A stretch of 64,000 nt of DNA from an uncultured virus (IMG/VR IMGVR_UViG_3300032220_001739) (lineage: Duplodnaviria > Heunggongvirae > Uroviricota > Caudoviricetes): the IMG/VR virus record IMGVR_UViG_3300032220_001739; one strand, 5' to 3'. Shown here in pieces: positions 9,849 through 18,871 of the stretch. The first letter of the stretch is position 1. Every line of letters starts with the position of its first letter. The notes beneath the pieces were generated by a model. The model was not told the DNA's origin. It saw only the letters and a program-made list of their open reading frames with translations, and ran no database searches. The position numbers were made by a program, and so were the translations under genes.

Positions 9849-10169
9849 ATGAGTAATCAAATTATCACACTAGAATCTGTAGATTTCCATCCAAGAAAAC
9901 TAAAAAGTAGATTTATCGTAAACGATGACGGAAAGGTGGAGAATCCTCTTGGTATGGATGTTGATAAGGTTGTAATTTTAGAATCATCTGAATCTGATGT
10001 ATGCATTAAGGGATCCTCCTATAAGATAATCAAATGGGATATAAAAGAAGACGTAAGCATAGAGGGATTCCCTGTATTTGATATCATGGAATCAGGTGAA
10101 CTTTATGTTGATCTAACGGAGGAAGAAATGAATGAATGGCTAATTAAAAAACAACTTCCTGTTTTCTAG
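9849..10169 (+). CDS. hypothetical protein
   Basis: ORF track; ATG at 9849 follows GGAAC..TATTAT. Confidence 0.6.
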   Translation: MSNQIITLESVDFHPRKLKSRFIVNDDGKVENPLGMDVDKVVILESSESDVCIKGSSYKIIKWDIKEDVSIEGFPVFDIMESGELYVDLTEEEMNEWLIKKQLPVF

Positions 10170-10205
10170 TAAGATTCTAGATATATAGTATAAATATACT
10201 TTATA

Positions 10206-10547
10206 ATGAATCAGATCTCAAATTTTTTATCAAAGCTATTCTCCAATGGCGACGAGGTGTCTTCTAAAAGATTCAGTGCTTTTTTCACCCTACTGAATAT
10301 AATTATTTTAGCCTATATCGCTACTTTCGGGTCAGAAGATAATGCAACACCTGAATTTATGTTCGATGCTTTAGCATTAATAGCAGGCGGTGGACTTGGT
10401 CTAACTGTAATAGAGAAGATATTCACCAAGAAAGATAAAGCTGCAGAGGTTACACCAGATAATCCAGAAAAAGATCAAACTAACCAGCTATGCGCATGTG
10501 GATCTAATCCAGGTGAATGTACAAATTGCGCACCGAAAAATAAATAA
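10206..10547 (+). CDS. two-TM membrane protein, possible holin
   Basis: SSKRF followed by two hydrophobic segments; Cys-rich tail; late box at 10180. Confidence 0.5.
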   Translation: MNQISNFLSKLFSNGDEVSSKRFSAFFTLLNIIILAYIATFGSEDNATPEFMFDALALIAGGGLGLTVIEKIFTKKDKAAEVTPDNPEKDQTNQLCACGSNPGECTNCAPKNK

Positions 10548-10552
10548 CATAA

Positions 10553-10888
10553 ATGAAAAACATCAAAGCTTACGAAGAAGTATCAGTGGGTTTATCGAGA
10601 ATAAACGAATCGATGAATCTTGATACTGTACAAGAGTGTATAGAACTATTAGAAGATGCAAAATCTCAGATGGACGATGCATTAACAAATCTAAATTCGG
10701 TTTATAGAATGTTGCAGGGAACTGAACTTTCAACTACAGCGGAAAGACTTAAGGGATATATCATAGGACATCTAGAGCCAATGATATCATCGGATCACGG
10801 ATGGATGACAAGATCAGTTTCTGTAGATGAAATCATAAAAGATCTTGAGGGATCTGGATTTGATAGCGACTCATTAGAGGAGGAATAA
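10553..10888 (+). CDS. hypothetical late protein
   Basis: Leader MKNIKAYEE...INES. Confidence 0.7.
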   Translation: MKNIKAYEEVSVGLSRINESMNLDTVQECIELLEDAKSQMDDALTNLNSVYRMLQGTELSTTAERLKGYIIGHLEPMISSDHGWMTRSVSVDEIIKDLEGSGFDSDSLEEE

Positions 10889-10906
10889 TTAAACTAAGCT
10901 AAAGTT

Positions 10907-10931
10907 AAAAAGACCCGATGGGTCTTTTTTT
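10907..10931. terminator. intrinsic terminator (bidirectional type)
   Basis: AAAAAGACCC-GAT-GGGTCTTTTTTT. Confidence 0.85.
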
Positions 10932-10970
10932 ATATGAAATATTTTTATATAGTTTGATATAATATAAGCA

Positions 10971-11186
10971 ATGGCAGGAAAAGAAAAGATAACATTAAAA
11001 GAAGGGGAGACCTATCTTATAGAGGGTATTCCCATGATTTACGAATTCACGGAATCATCAAAACACTATTTCCAAAAAATAGACAAAGACGGTAATCCCA
11101 AAGGAAGACTTAGAGTTATTATGGGAGATCCGGATCAAGTTGCATCTATGCTTATTAAGAGAGCAGCTAGATACACCACCCAATAA
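10971..11186 (+). CDS. small hypothetical protein
   Basis: Has its own GAAAT-N17-TATAAT promoter and a downstream terminator. Confidence 0.65.
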   Translation: MAGKEKITLKEGETYLIEGIPMIYEFTESSKHYFQKIDKDGNPKGRLRVIMGDPDQVASMLIKRAARYTTQ

Positions 11187-11211
11187 TTTAAAATCATAAC
11201 CAAGATACACT

Positions 11212-11235
11212 AGTCCCTTTTTTAAGGGACTTTTT
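11212..11235 (+). terminator. intrinsic terminator
   Basis: AGTCCCTT-TTTT-AAGGGACT-TTTT. Confidence 0.75.
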
Positions 11236-11281
11236 AATTCCGGTAGTACCGATATATAGACATAAATACAATCTTCTTAAG

Positions 11282-12043
11282 ATGAAACACTTATTCGAAT
11301 ACGACAAATATGTCATGCCGTCAGCCCCAGTAAACGAGGGATTTATAACCGACATATTCCCGGCATTCCTAAAATGGCTAAGAGAGTGGTTTAACAAAAA
11401 AGCGAACGATAGAAATATGATCTTCCAGATCCCAACTGGATTATTACCCCAAGAGATAGAGGGAGATCATATGATGTACGTACCACACCAGCAAGGCGGT
11501 AGAGGAGCAGCAAAGCTATTTCTAGCAGCGAAGGGACAGTATAAGTTGGAAGATGCGGACATCAACAAACTTAAAACTAACATGCCAGCATCAGATCCTA
11601 ATTATAAAATAGTAGCGGATCCTAATAAAACATCTAAGGAAAGAGCTTTAGCATATTTTAAATACTGGAAAAAGACATGGGAAAATTACAAGAGAGATGC
11701 TAAAGCTAATATAGCTAGCCACCCAGAAGTACAGAAAGGTATCGCTAAAGTAGATGGTAATCATCCTAAGTTTTTCTCTAATGATTTTCTAACTACAGTT
11801 GCCTGGATCGAATCAAGATTCGACCCAAAAGCTGGAAAGGCCAGGCCATATAAGGGTTTATTCCAGATAGGAAGCGATGCATTTAGTGATTTAAAGAAAA
11901 CATATAAAGATAGATTATATTCAAAGAGAACTGATATACCTATGGATACCGTAGAAAACCCACAGATGGGGAACGATTACCTCAAATGGGCATATGATAG
12001 ATTCCAGAATAATTTAGCTGAGCTAGAAAAAACCAAAGCTTAA
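11282..12043 (+). CDS. lytic transglycosylase (SLT/lysozyme-like), apparently circularly permuted
   Basis: AWIESRFDPKA...YKGLFQI catalytic motifs; the YxxHQQGxxGAxKL segment lies N-terminal to them. Confidence 0.7.
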   Translation: MKHLFEYDKYVMPSAPVNEGFITDIFPAFLKWLREWFNKKANDRNMIFQIPTGLLPQEIEGDHMMYVPHQQGGRGAAKLFLAAKGQYKLEDADINKLKTNMPASDPNYKIVADPNKTSKERALAYFKYWKKTWENYKRDAKANIASHPEVQKGIAKVDGNHPKFFSNDFLTTVAWIESRFDPKAGKARPYKGLFQIGSDAFSDLKKTYKDRLYSKRTDIPMDTVENPQMGNDYLKWAYDRFQNNLAELEKTKA

Positions 12044-12044
12044 A

Positions 12045-12650
12045 ATGAGACATATAAAGGAATATAATTCAGCATCTAAAGGGATTAGTAATCTAAGTGA
12101 AGGAATGGTGTATCACATTGATCGTAATATACCACTAATGGAAAGCGTCTATAGAATAGAATCCGAATCCTGGATTTCTCTTGTTAATGAAGCAAGGGAA
12201 TTATGGGAAAGAAATGTGGTGGATCTAAACGAGGATGATCTTTTTCTAATATCCACAGATGCCGGAAAGTATGGGACATACGAGGAAAATCTAGTGCTTC
12301 TCGACGTTCCCTTTTGGGAAGGCGAATTTGATTATGATTGGGAAGAATATGATTCTCTAGAAGAAGCCGAATATAGAGGTAGAAATGTTAAATTAAACAA
12401 GCCATTCAGAACCCCCGGTGGTCCTAGAAAATTCTCAGTTTACACAAAGAACGATTCCGGAAATATCGTTAAGGTAAGTTTCGGACAACCTGGAATGAGA
12501 GTTAATAATGCAGACCCAAAAAAGGCAAGATCCTTTAGAAAAAGAATGAGATGCGATCAGCCAGGTCCAAGGTGGAAAGCAAAATGGTGGTCATGTAACG
12601 TGGCAAGATATAGAAAATTATTAGGTATTAAAAGTTCTAACCCGTGGTAA
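12045..12650 (+). CDS. conserved phage protein with a basic C-terminal domain
   Basis: Leader, acidic linker, then EAEYRG..LNKPFRTPGGP.KFSVY...KVSFG...SFRKR...WSC, a domain typical of large T4-like phages. Confidence 0.65.
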   Translation: MRHIKEYNSASKGISNLSEGMVYHIDRNIPLMESVYRIESESWISLVNEARELWERNVVDLNEDDLFLISTDAGKYGTYEENLVLLDVPFWEGEFDYDWEEYDSLEEAEYRGRNVKLNKPFRTPGGPRKFSVYTKNDSGNIVKVSFGQPGMRVNNADPKKARSFRKRMRCDQPGPRWKAKWWSCNVARYRKLLGIKSSNPW

Positions 12651-12934
12651 ATCTACCATTCGAAGAGCTCACTGGGTCGGATAAAAGAATAAGGATCTTT
12701 AAATCCGATACTGCAAGCGAGGAACTGAAATGGCATTGGGACGACGAGGATAGGTACGTCGAGCTTATAGAGGAGAGTGATTGGGAATTCCAATTTGATG
12801 ACGACCTGCCGGTAAAATTTCCTAAAAGACTAATAATACCAAGAATGATGTGGCACAGGGTTATTAAAGGAAAGGGTGATCTTAAGATAGCTATATCCAG
12901 AATAGATCTAAACAGATTCAGCTTGAGTCAGTAA
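12644..12934 (+). CDS. small cupin-like protein
   Basis: WHWDDEDR...IP..MWHRVIKG motifs. Confidence 0.55.
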   Translation: MVNLPFEELTGSDKRIRIFKSDTASEELKWHWDDEDRYVELIEESDWEFQFDDDLPVKFPKRLIIPRMMWHRVIKGKGDLKIAISRIDLNRFSLSQ

Positions 12935-13837
12935 GTCCGTCCAATCTCTAGCACTCAGCTCTTTTTTGAGTCTTTCCCTTGGACCTATGTCTATCTTTGA
13001 AGTTATATCGAATTGCGTTCTTTTTAGATTTTTTATTCCCTCTATAGAAGAATAGAGAGCACTGGAAAGTCTTTTAATGAATTTAGGATTCTTCTTAGCG
13101 AATCTCTCCATGTAACCGCCACCGCCTACAAATTCTTCGGTCCATTCTATGTCACCGCTTCTCATTCTATCCAATATAGAATCTATTACTTTTTCTTTTT
13201 CGTCCTCCTCTAAATTTAGGATATACTGTTCCACACCAAAGCAAAGCTCAGATATCCATGCGTCATACTCCGTTGGTGAAGCTGCATAAAGATCATCACC
13301 CTCAATTTCATTTGCTATAAGGTGATCTACAAATTTTTCCAGACCCTCTTTTCTCATCATTCCCTTAAGGGATATGCCCATATTCTTAGCTTTCTGCAGG
13401 ATCTCTATAGACAGCTCCCCACTTTTTTTACCTCCGATCGGATTTGATTTCGGATCTATAGCGTGAACTAACTCGTGATATAATATCGACATTTTAGAAA
13501 GCCAGTTACGGTTGTCGTGAAAATATCTTGGGGAAAGAACTATTCTATCCTGTCCAGGTAGCATTGAGCCGTTCCATTCGCCAACATTGTTTTTGGGTAA
13601 CTTGATCCACGGGCCAAAGCTCATGTAAACCTTCTGAGGTTTCCCTTTGTATTTGAATTCAAGATAATATCGAATAGATTTTAAATCTTCCCGTCTATCC
13701 GGATATTTCTCTACCATTTTTTTCAGAAACTCGTATCTTTCTTCTATGAACATTATTATTTCGTAGAAGTTTGAGAATTCCCCATGGAGATATCTTTTCG
13801 ATTCTAAAACAAAAGAAGAGAATTTTTTAATTATCAT
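12908..13837 (-). CDS. zincin-type metallopeptidase-like protein
   Basis: LYHELVHAID plus PTEYDAW; leader IKKFSSFVLES. Confidence 0.6.
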   Translation of the reverse strand: MIIKKFSSFVLESKRYLHGEFSNFYEIIMFIEERYEFLKKMVEKYPDRREDLKSIRYYLEFKYKGKPQKVYMSFGPWIKLPKNNVGEWNGSMLPGQDRIVLSPRYFHDNRNWLSKMSILYHELVHAIDPKSNPIGGKKSGELSIEILQKAKNMGISLKGMMRKEGLEKFVDHLIANEIEGDDLYAASPTEYDAWISELCFGVEQYILNLEEDEKEKVIDSILDRMRSGDIEWTEEFVGGGGYMERFAKKNPKFIKRLSSALYSSIEGIKNLKRTQFDITSKIDIGPRERLKKELSARDWTDLLTQAESV

Positions 13838-13893
13838 ATCTTTTTTATATATCTTTAGAGGTCAATCCAATATATAAAAAAATAGAATAAGCA

Positions 13894-14625
13894 ATGATTT
13901 TAAATTTAGATTTTACTAAAGAGGAACCCAATATGAAAACACATTGGAGAAGCGGAAATCCATGGGGTGTTATACATCCAGCATTTCCTTACCAGTACAA
14001 TGCGGAATATTGTGTGAGACATAAGAAGGGTATTGGTCTTTCACTTAAGTGCGAAAGTGTGGATTCAGTTGAGGTCGTAGGACCGAATGGAGTCATTTAT
14101 TATCCGGATTGTGCAATGGGATTGGTTAGTAGTAAGTTCCACTTTAAATACGGAAGGCTGGATGTTGAAGCAATATTACCTAAGGGTAAAGGTCTTTGGC
14201 CGGCTATATGGACAACAGCCTATGATTCATGGCCACCCGAGATCGATATAGTTGAAGGATATTCGGAGGATAGAGACAACTATGGTAATTTAGTAATTCC
14301 TGGGATCAGACTGCAATCGAATGTTCATTACAAAGAAGGTGAAAACAATCGCAATATCGGGGGAAGAAACCATTGGATGTGGAAGAATCCAACTAAGCAC
14401 AAAATAAAATATTCTCTGTTATGGACCCCAGAAAAAATAGAAATATTCTACAACGATTGCAAAGTTAGAAGCGTAGACGACCCAAAAATACTAGGGGGAT
14501 TCAATAATTCAGCTGGACAATACATAGTTCTTAACAATGCAATACAGCCAGAAAAATGGGACGGTGGTACCTCTGAATTTATCGTAAGCAGCTTAACTCT
14601 GGAAACTGAAAGACTGATTTGGTGA
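13894..14625 (+). CDS. glycoside hydrolase family 16
   Basis: YGRLDVEAILPKGKGLWPAIW and catalytic EIDIVE (ExDxxE). Confidence 0.9.
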   Translation: MILNLDFTKEEPNMKTHWRSGNPWGVIHPAFPYQYNAEYCVRHKKGIGLSLKCESVDSVEVVGPNGVIYYPDCAMGLVSSKFHFKYGRLDVEAILPKGKGLWPAIWTTAYDSWPPEIDIVEGYSEDRDNYGNLVIPGIRLQSNVHYKEGENNRNIGGRNHWMWKNPTKHKIKYSLLWTPEKIEIFYNDCKVRSVDDPKILGGFNNSAGQYIVLNNAIQPEKWDGGTSEFIVSSLTLETERLIW

Positions 14626-14832
14626 TTAATAGTTCGGGTGCCAGGAATCCCAAGAACATACCTGCTCCTCTCTTACTACAGTCTTAACGTGTAGATCCTG
14701 ATTTTCATAGAGATCATATCCGATTTCTTTGAAATAATCCAGAGCTTTTTCTACACCTGATGCTGTAGTTTCTAAAATCTTTTCATTCTCATCGTATAGA
14801 GCATAGATTGTCATTTGTGGATAATTGGACAT
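14626..14832 (-). CDS. small hypothetical protein
   Basis: 68-aa ORF that fills the gap exactly. Confidence 0.5.
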   Translation of the reverse strand: MSNYPQMTIYALYDENEKILETTASGVEKALDYFKEIGYDLYENQDLHVKTVVREEQVCSWDSWHPNY

Positions 14833-14890
14833 GGTAGGGATCTTTTTAGATATATAACTATAACCACAAAAAATTTCACATTTTTAATAA

Positions 14891-15718
14891 ATGATACAAG
14901 TAAAATACGGACCAGAAATAGCGGATGTAACCAACTTCCTTAATGTTTTATCTAAACATAAGAAAGTTACATTTGTTACAACCAGCAATAGATCACCCTT
15001 TGTTGAAAAGAAATACGGTGAGAGTCCAAAGTCAACACAGCTAGCCAATCACTTGGCTGAATCTCTAAGAAGAAGAGGGGTTAAAGTTTCTGTTATGGAC
15101 GGGGCTAAGTTAAAGATCTATAATTCTCTAGGGTGTGTGAGCGAATTGAAAGGAAGTTTTTGTGGAGTTAAAGCTTCCATGGTTAAGGATAAAGAAAAGA
15201 ACCCGCACGGACATCTTAGATGCTGGGCTAGTCACGATTTCAAAGATGATGAACTATGGAAGATAGTTAATGAAATGTACGAAAGCCAAGCTATTATATT
15301 CTTCGGTTCACAAAGATGGGGTAACGTTAATGCTGTCTACCAAAAGATCATAGAAAGACTAGACTGGATAGAAAGTAGATGGGCAACACTAGATGGTGAA
15401 AATACAGTAAAAGATATCCAAGCAGGACTAATTCTCCTCGGCCAAAATTGGAGGGTTCAAGAAAGCTTAGAAGTTCAGAGAGATGTTCTTAAATTCTATG
15501 GATTTAAAATAGAAGATCCACTCTTTATAGGATGGCAATACACTCGTGACGTTAAAGACGAAACGGAGGAATCATATAAACAAGCCCCGGTCACATTCCA
15601 GGATTCGTGGAATATGAAGTTGATGGTTAAAAAACAGCAGGACGAGTTTGAGCTATATGAAGACGACGTCAAGGAAGAGGGCTTCCCTACATTTCTACAG
15701 TATATTAAGACCTTATAA
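14891..15718 (+). CDS. flavodoxin-like / NADPH-dependent FMN reductase family protein
   Basis: TTSNR..S...LA; CWAS....DE...I...MYES.AIIFFGS.RWG......KIIERL. Confidence 0.7.
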   Translation: MIQVKYGPEIADVTNFLNVLSKHKKVTFVTTSNRSPFVEKKYGESPKSTQLANHLAESLRRRGVKVSVMDGAKLKIYNSLGCVSELKGSFCGVKASMVKDKEKNPHGHLRCWASHDFKDDELWKIVNEMYESQAIIFFGSQRWGNVNAVYQKIIERLDWIESRWATLDGENTVKDIQAGLILLGQNWRVQESLEVQRDVLKFYGFKIEDPLFIGWQYTRDVKDETEESYKQAPVTFQDSWNMKLMVKKQQDEFELYEDDVKEEGFPTFLQYIKTL

Positions 15719-15769
15719 CTGATTCACTGCGGGTATTTCTCATATTTTTGTAACTATAAAACAAAGAGA

Positions 15770-16486
15770 ATGAGAAATTTAATTCTAGCATTTACACTTT
15801 CCCTACTAGGTTCAGTAAATTTACTTTCACAGATAAATGTAACAGAAAGGGAAATTTTAAAATTGCAACCAACCCAATCCGTTCTAAATTCCGATTGGTG
15901 CAACCATCTTGAATACTATCGGGATTCTACAGGAATCACATCCACAAGAAGTGACATTCTAGATACTTATGCTCTTGAGAGAGCGATGTATTTCGCAACT
16001 GTTCTAGATCACACAGCAAGCGATAAAAGAATGAAAGATTGTATCCATAGAATTCCCGGTGACAACTCTGCACACAATAAGCTATTTGGTAATTCGATAT
16101 TCTTTAGCGCACCGGATACACTCAAATACGTCTCAGCTTATCCATCATTTAAAGAGGACAGCTATTGGATCACACCGGGTGGAGAGATCATGCAGGAATA
16201 CGTGTACCTGATAAAAGGAAAGGATAAGTTAAGAAGAGAAGATTTGATATCGAAAATGATAGGGTACCACCACAAAAACAGAGGGGATAAAGGTATTCTT
16301 AATGCTTATCTTAGATCTGATTCACACAAGAACATTATAGATACAAAAATAAACGATATCTACGGGAGTTCAGTAGTTTATGTTGTTCACTCTTGGTTTG
16401 ATAAAGAGCAATCACTATGGTACCAGGAAGTAACGATTTTAAACGTTACAGCATTTGGCAGAAAATTGTATAGCTTAAGAAGCTAA
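15770..16486 (+). CDS. secreted CAP/SCP-like protein
   Basis: N-terminal signal peptide; YLRSDSHKNII resembles the CAP motif W..S.GH..NI. Confidence 0.5.
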   Translation: MRNLILAFTLSLLGSVNLLSQINVTEREILKLQPTQSVLNSDWCNHLEYYRDSTGITSTRSDILDTYALERAMYFATVLDHTASDKRMKDCIHRIPGDNSAHNKLFGNSIFFSAPDTLKYVSAYPSFKEDSYWITPGGEIMQEYVYLIKGKDKLRREDLISKMIGYHHKNRGDKGILNAYLRSDSHKNIIDTKINDIYGSSVVYVVHSWFDKEQSLWYQEVTILNVTAFGRKLYSLRS

Positions 16487-17023
16487 TTACTTAAGAGAAA
16501 GTAAATATCTGTTCTGGTCTATTAGAGCTACAATCTCGTCTATGATGTTGATTAGCTCCCCATCTTTTTCTTCTGAGAAATATGATCTACAGTCCTCATC
16601 ATAGCATTCATAGAGATGTGCTAAGAATTCATTAAGATCTGCATTCTCAGGGTTCTTGTAGTTGGATATCTTTAAATCACCATCAGTATCGCTTAATGCT
16701 GGCTTACCATATTTACCCATTATGGATTCTGCTAACTTGTCCGTTATCTCATTGAATTCTTCCCAGAAGGCATCCAAAGCCTTGTGTTGCCCATAGAAGT
16801 TAGTTTGCCAGTGTAGAAGTTTAATCTGTGCTGAATTCCTAAGAATCTTAGCGAAGATAGGTGCAAAGCTTTTCTTGTCCTCAGCCTCTGGCTCGTTACC
16901 ACTTGGAGCTTGAACCATATTACTTCTCATTTGATCAAAAGTTATAAATTCATTCCCGCCCTCTTCTTTTTTAGGCTTCTCTATAATGTCGCCAAAAGCG
17001 CTCAAATTAACTACGTTTTCCAT
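16487..17023 (-). CDS. ferritin/Dps-like protein (DUF5856-like)
   Basis: QIKLLHWQT..Y.QHKALD......DKLAE..MGKYG...YLL.L. Confidence 0.7.
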   Translation of the reverse strand: MENVVNLSAFGDIIEKPKKEEGGNEFITFDQMRSNMVQAPSGNEPEAEDKKSFAPIFAKILRNSAQIKLLHWQTNFYGQHKALDAFWEEFNEITDKLAESIMGKYGKPALSDTDGDLKISNYKNPENADLNEFLAHLYECYDEDCRSYFSEEKDGELINIIDEIVALIDQNRYLLSLK

Positions 17024-17057
17024 CTAGTCTTTATTTTTTATATGTTATATGAAATGC

Positions 17058-17975
17058 TTACGCTCTTTCACCGTTCCATTCTTTACCGTTCTTCCCCATC
17101 TTATATGTCAGCCACCAGGGCAATCCCTTGACATCTAACTTATTAGCAAAATTAGAACTTTTAAGAGGTCCTCTTCTGGTGTATCTTGACAAGTCCCAGC
17201 CAGCCATACTTAGAAATTCTCCGCCTTTTATGGTACCGGCCCCACTAAACGCGAATTCCGCTTCTATTTCAAGTACGGAATATTTAAGAATCGCATCAGT
17301 GTTATTCTTATTAACTTCAATATAAGGTGTTTCGGAAGATAATTCTTCCCCCTCTGTCGGTGGTATTAGCATAACTAATTTCAGAGGGTTCCCGAAAGAT
17401 TGAGCTACAAGCTGAAAATTATCCTCATTGTTAGATATCATGAATATCTCTTTAACTGAGGTTTTCTTACTTCCCACTGCAGAAACTAGATCCTTTGTAT
17501 TCTTTTCTGTTATCTTTATCAAAACCTCAGATGCTTTCATTTCTCCGGATTCTCCAGGTACGTTTATGAGATTGAATTTGTCATTAGGTATTTTCTGATC
17601 ATTTTTCGTTACTTCAACATCAGATTTATACATGGAATCCTTTTCCAGAATGGTCTTATTTTGAACAGCCTTAACATGCAAATTTACAGATGGAGACTTT
17701 CCACCTTCTTTAAGACTCATAAACTCTGCCCTATTCATTCCCGATAGCAGCATAGCAGCTACACCGTATAGAAATGAATCCGCATATTCTTCCTTTTTCA
17801 TTAGGTCCTCTATAATCAAGTCGTAATCCGCACTGATTTTGCAATATTCATCGATAGCTCTATCAGCTACAAGTAGGAGAGCCTCAAGATTTGACTTTAA
17901 TTTTTTATCAGACAAGTCTATTTTCAATTCTTCCTTCAAATATTCGGTGAAATTAAGAAGTCTATTATTCATCAT
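17058..17975 (-). CDS. hypothetical late protein, paralogue of 18872..20347
   Basis: Shared N-terminus NxRLLNFxEYLKEELKIDLSDKK and C-terminus YTRxGPLK...GLPWWL. Confidence 0.8.
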   Translation of the reverse strand: MMNNRLLNFTEYLKEELKIDLSDKKLKSNLEALLLVADRAIDEYCKISADYDLIIEDLMKKEEYADSFLYGVAAMLLSGMNRAEFMSLKEGGKSPSVNLHVKAVQNKTILEKDSMYKSDVEVTKNDQKIPNDKFNLINVPGESGEMKASEVLIKITEKNTKDLVSAVGSKKTSVKEIFMISNNEDNFQLVAQSFGNPLKLVMLIPPTEGEELSSETPYIEVNKNNTDAILKYSVLEIEAEFAFSGAGTIKGGEFLSMAGWDLSRYTRRGPLKSSNFANKLDVKGLPWWLTYKMGKNGKEWNGERA

Positions 17976-18073
17976 GTTTTATTTTTGTTTATATATCAAA
18001 TTAGCCACGGGTTTATCTTTTTTCCTGCGGGGGTTTCGTTTACTTTTACTCTATAACAATAAAGGAACAAGAT

Positions 18074-18811
18074 ATGAAAAAGCTAACAATCTTCTTATTA
18101 CTAAGCTTAACCTTAACAAAGGCATTCTCACAAGATCTTGATTCTATCAAAATGGAATTCAATAAATTGATGAAAGACTACATCGACAAGAACAACGGAA
18201 ACACAATCCGTGATATCGTTAGAGCTGAGGATGACGTTTGGGTAAAGAAGGGGTTTTGGATTTTCAGACATAACGAAAAGGTTCATGTTGATGCTATCTA
18301 CGGTCCCAACCATGGTAAATTAGACGAAGCTAAAGAGGTTCAGCATCTTACAGAATGGTCAGCTGATCAGGCTAGATACTTAAAGGAGGTTTCTGTTTAT
18401 TTGCAAAAGACAAACCCAGGAATGATAGCTTACTTGTCCCACGGACAGAAGGCAGAATTAGATAGCGTACCCGATTCTGCATTAAGTAAACCGAGAGAGA
18501 GCCTATTGAAAATGGAGGTTTTAGTTATGAAGCAGGGTTTCAGAACTGAAGAAGGTATACCTGATGAATCAGCTAAAGAATTTGCCAAGGAAGCTTTCGA
18601 AAATCTTTTAGCATCGAAACCGCATAAGAAAATAATCGACGAGGCATCTAGCAGATTCGGAACTGGAATCACACTAATACCAGTAGCTCCCGAGCAAATT
18701 GTAAGATATAGCGAAACTAGCAATGGTGTAAAAAAAGAGGGAGTACGTATAGAGAAAGCAGATGACTTTGACAAAAGAGGCTATACTGTAATCATCATCT
18801 GTAACTTCTAA
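18074..18811 (+). CDS. secreted CAP/SCP-like protein
   Basis: Signal peptide ending AFSQ; LSHG...LLASKPHKKII...FGTG. Confidence 0.5.
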   Translation: MKKLTIFLLLSLTLTKAFSQDLDSIKMEFNKLMKDYIDKNNGNTIRDIVRAEDDVWVKKGFWIFRHNEKVHVDAIYGPNHGKLDEAKEVQHLTEWSADQARYLKEVSVYLQKTNPGMIAYLSHGQKAELDSVPDSALSKPRESLLKMEVLVMKQGFRTEEGIPDESAKEFAKEAFENLLASKPHKKIIDEASSRFGTGITLIPVAPEQIVRYSETSNGVKKEGVRIEKADDFDKRGYTVIIICNF

Positions 18812-18826
18812 TCTTTAGCCAACAAT

Positions 18827-18855
18827 AAAAAAAGAGCCTAAGGGCTCTTTTTTTT
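18827..18855. terminator. bidirectional intrinsic terminator
   Basis: A7GAGCC-TAAG-GGCTC-T8 between convergent genes. Confidence 0.9.
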
Positions 18856-18871
18856 ATTATAGTAAATCATT

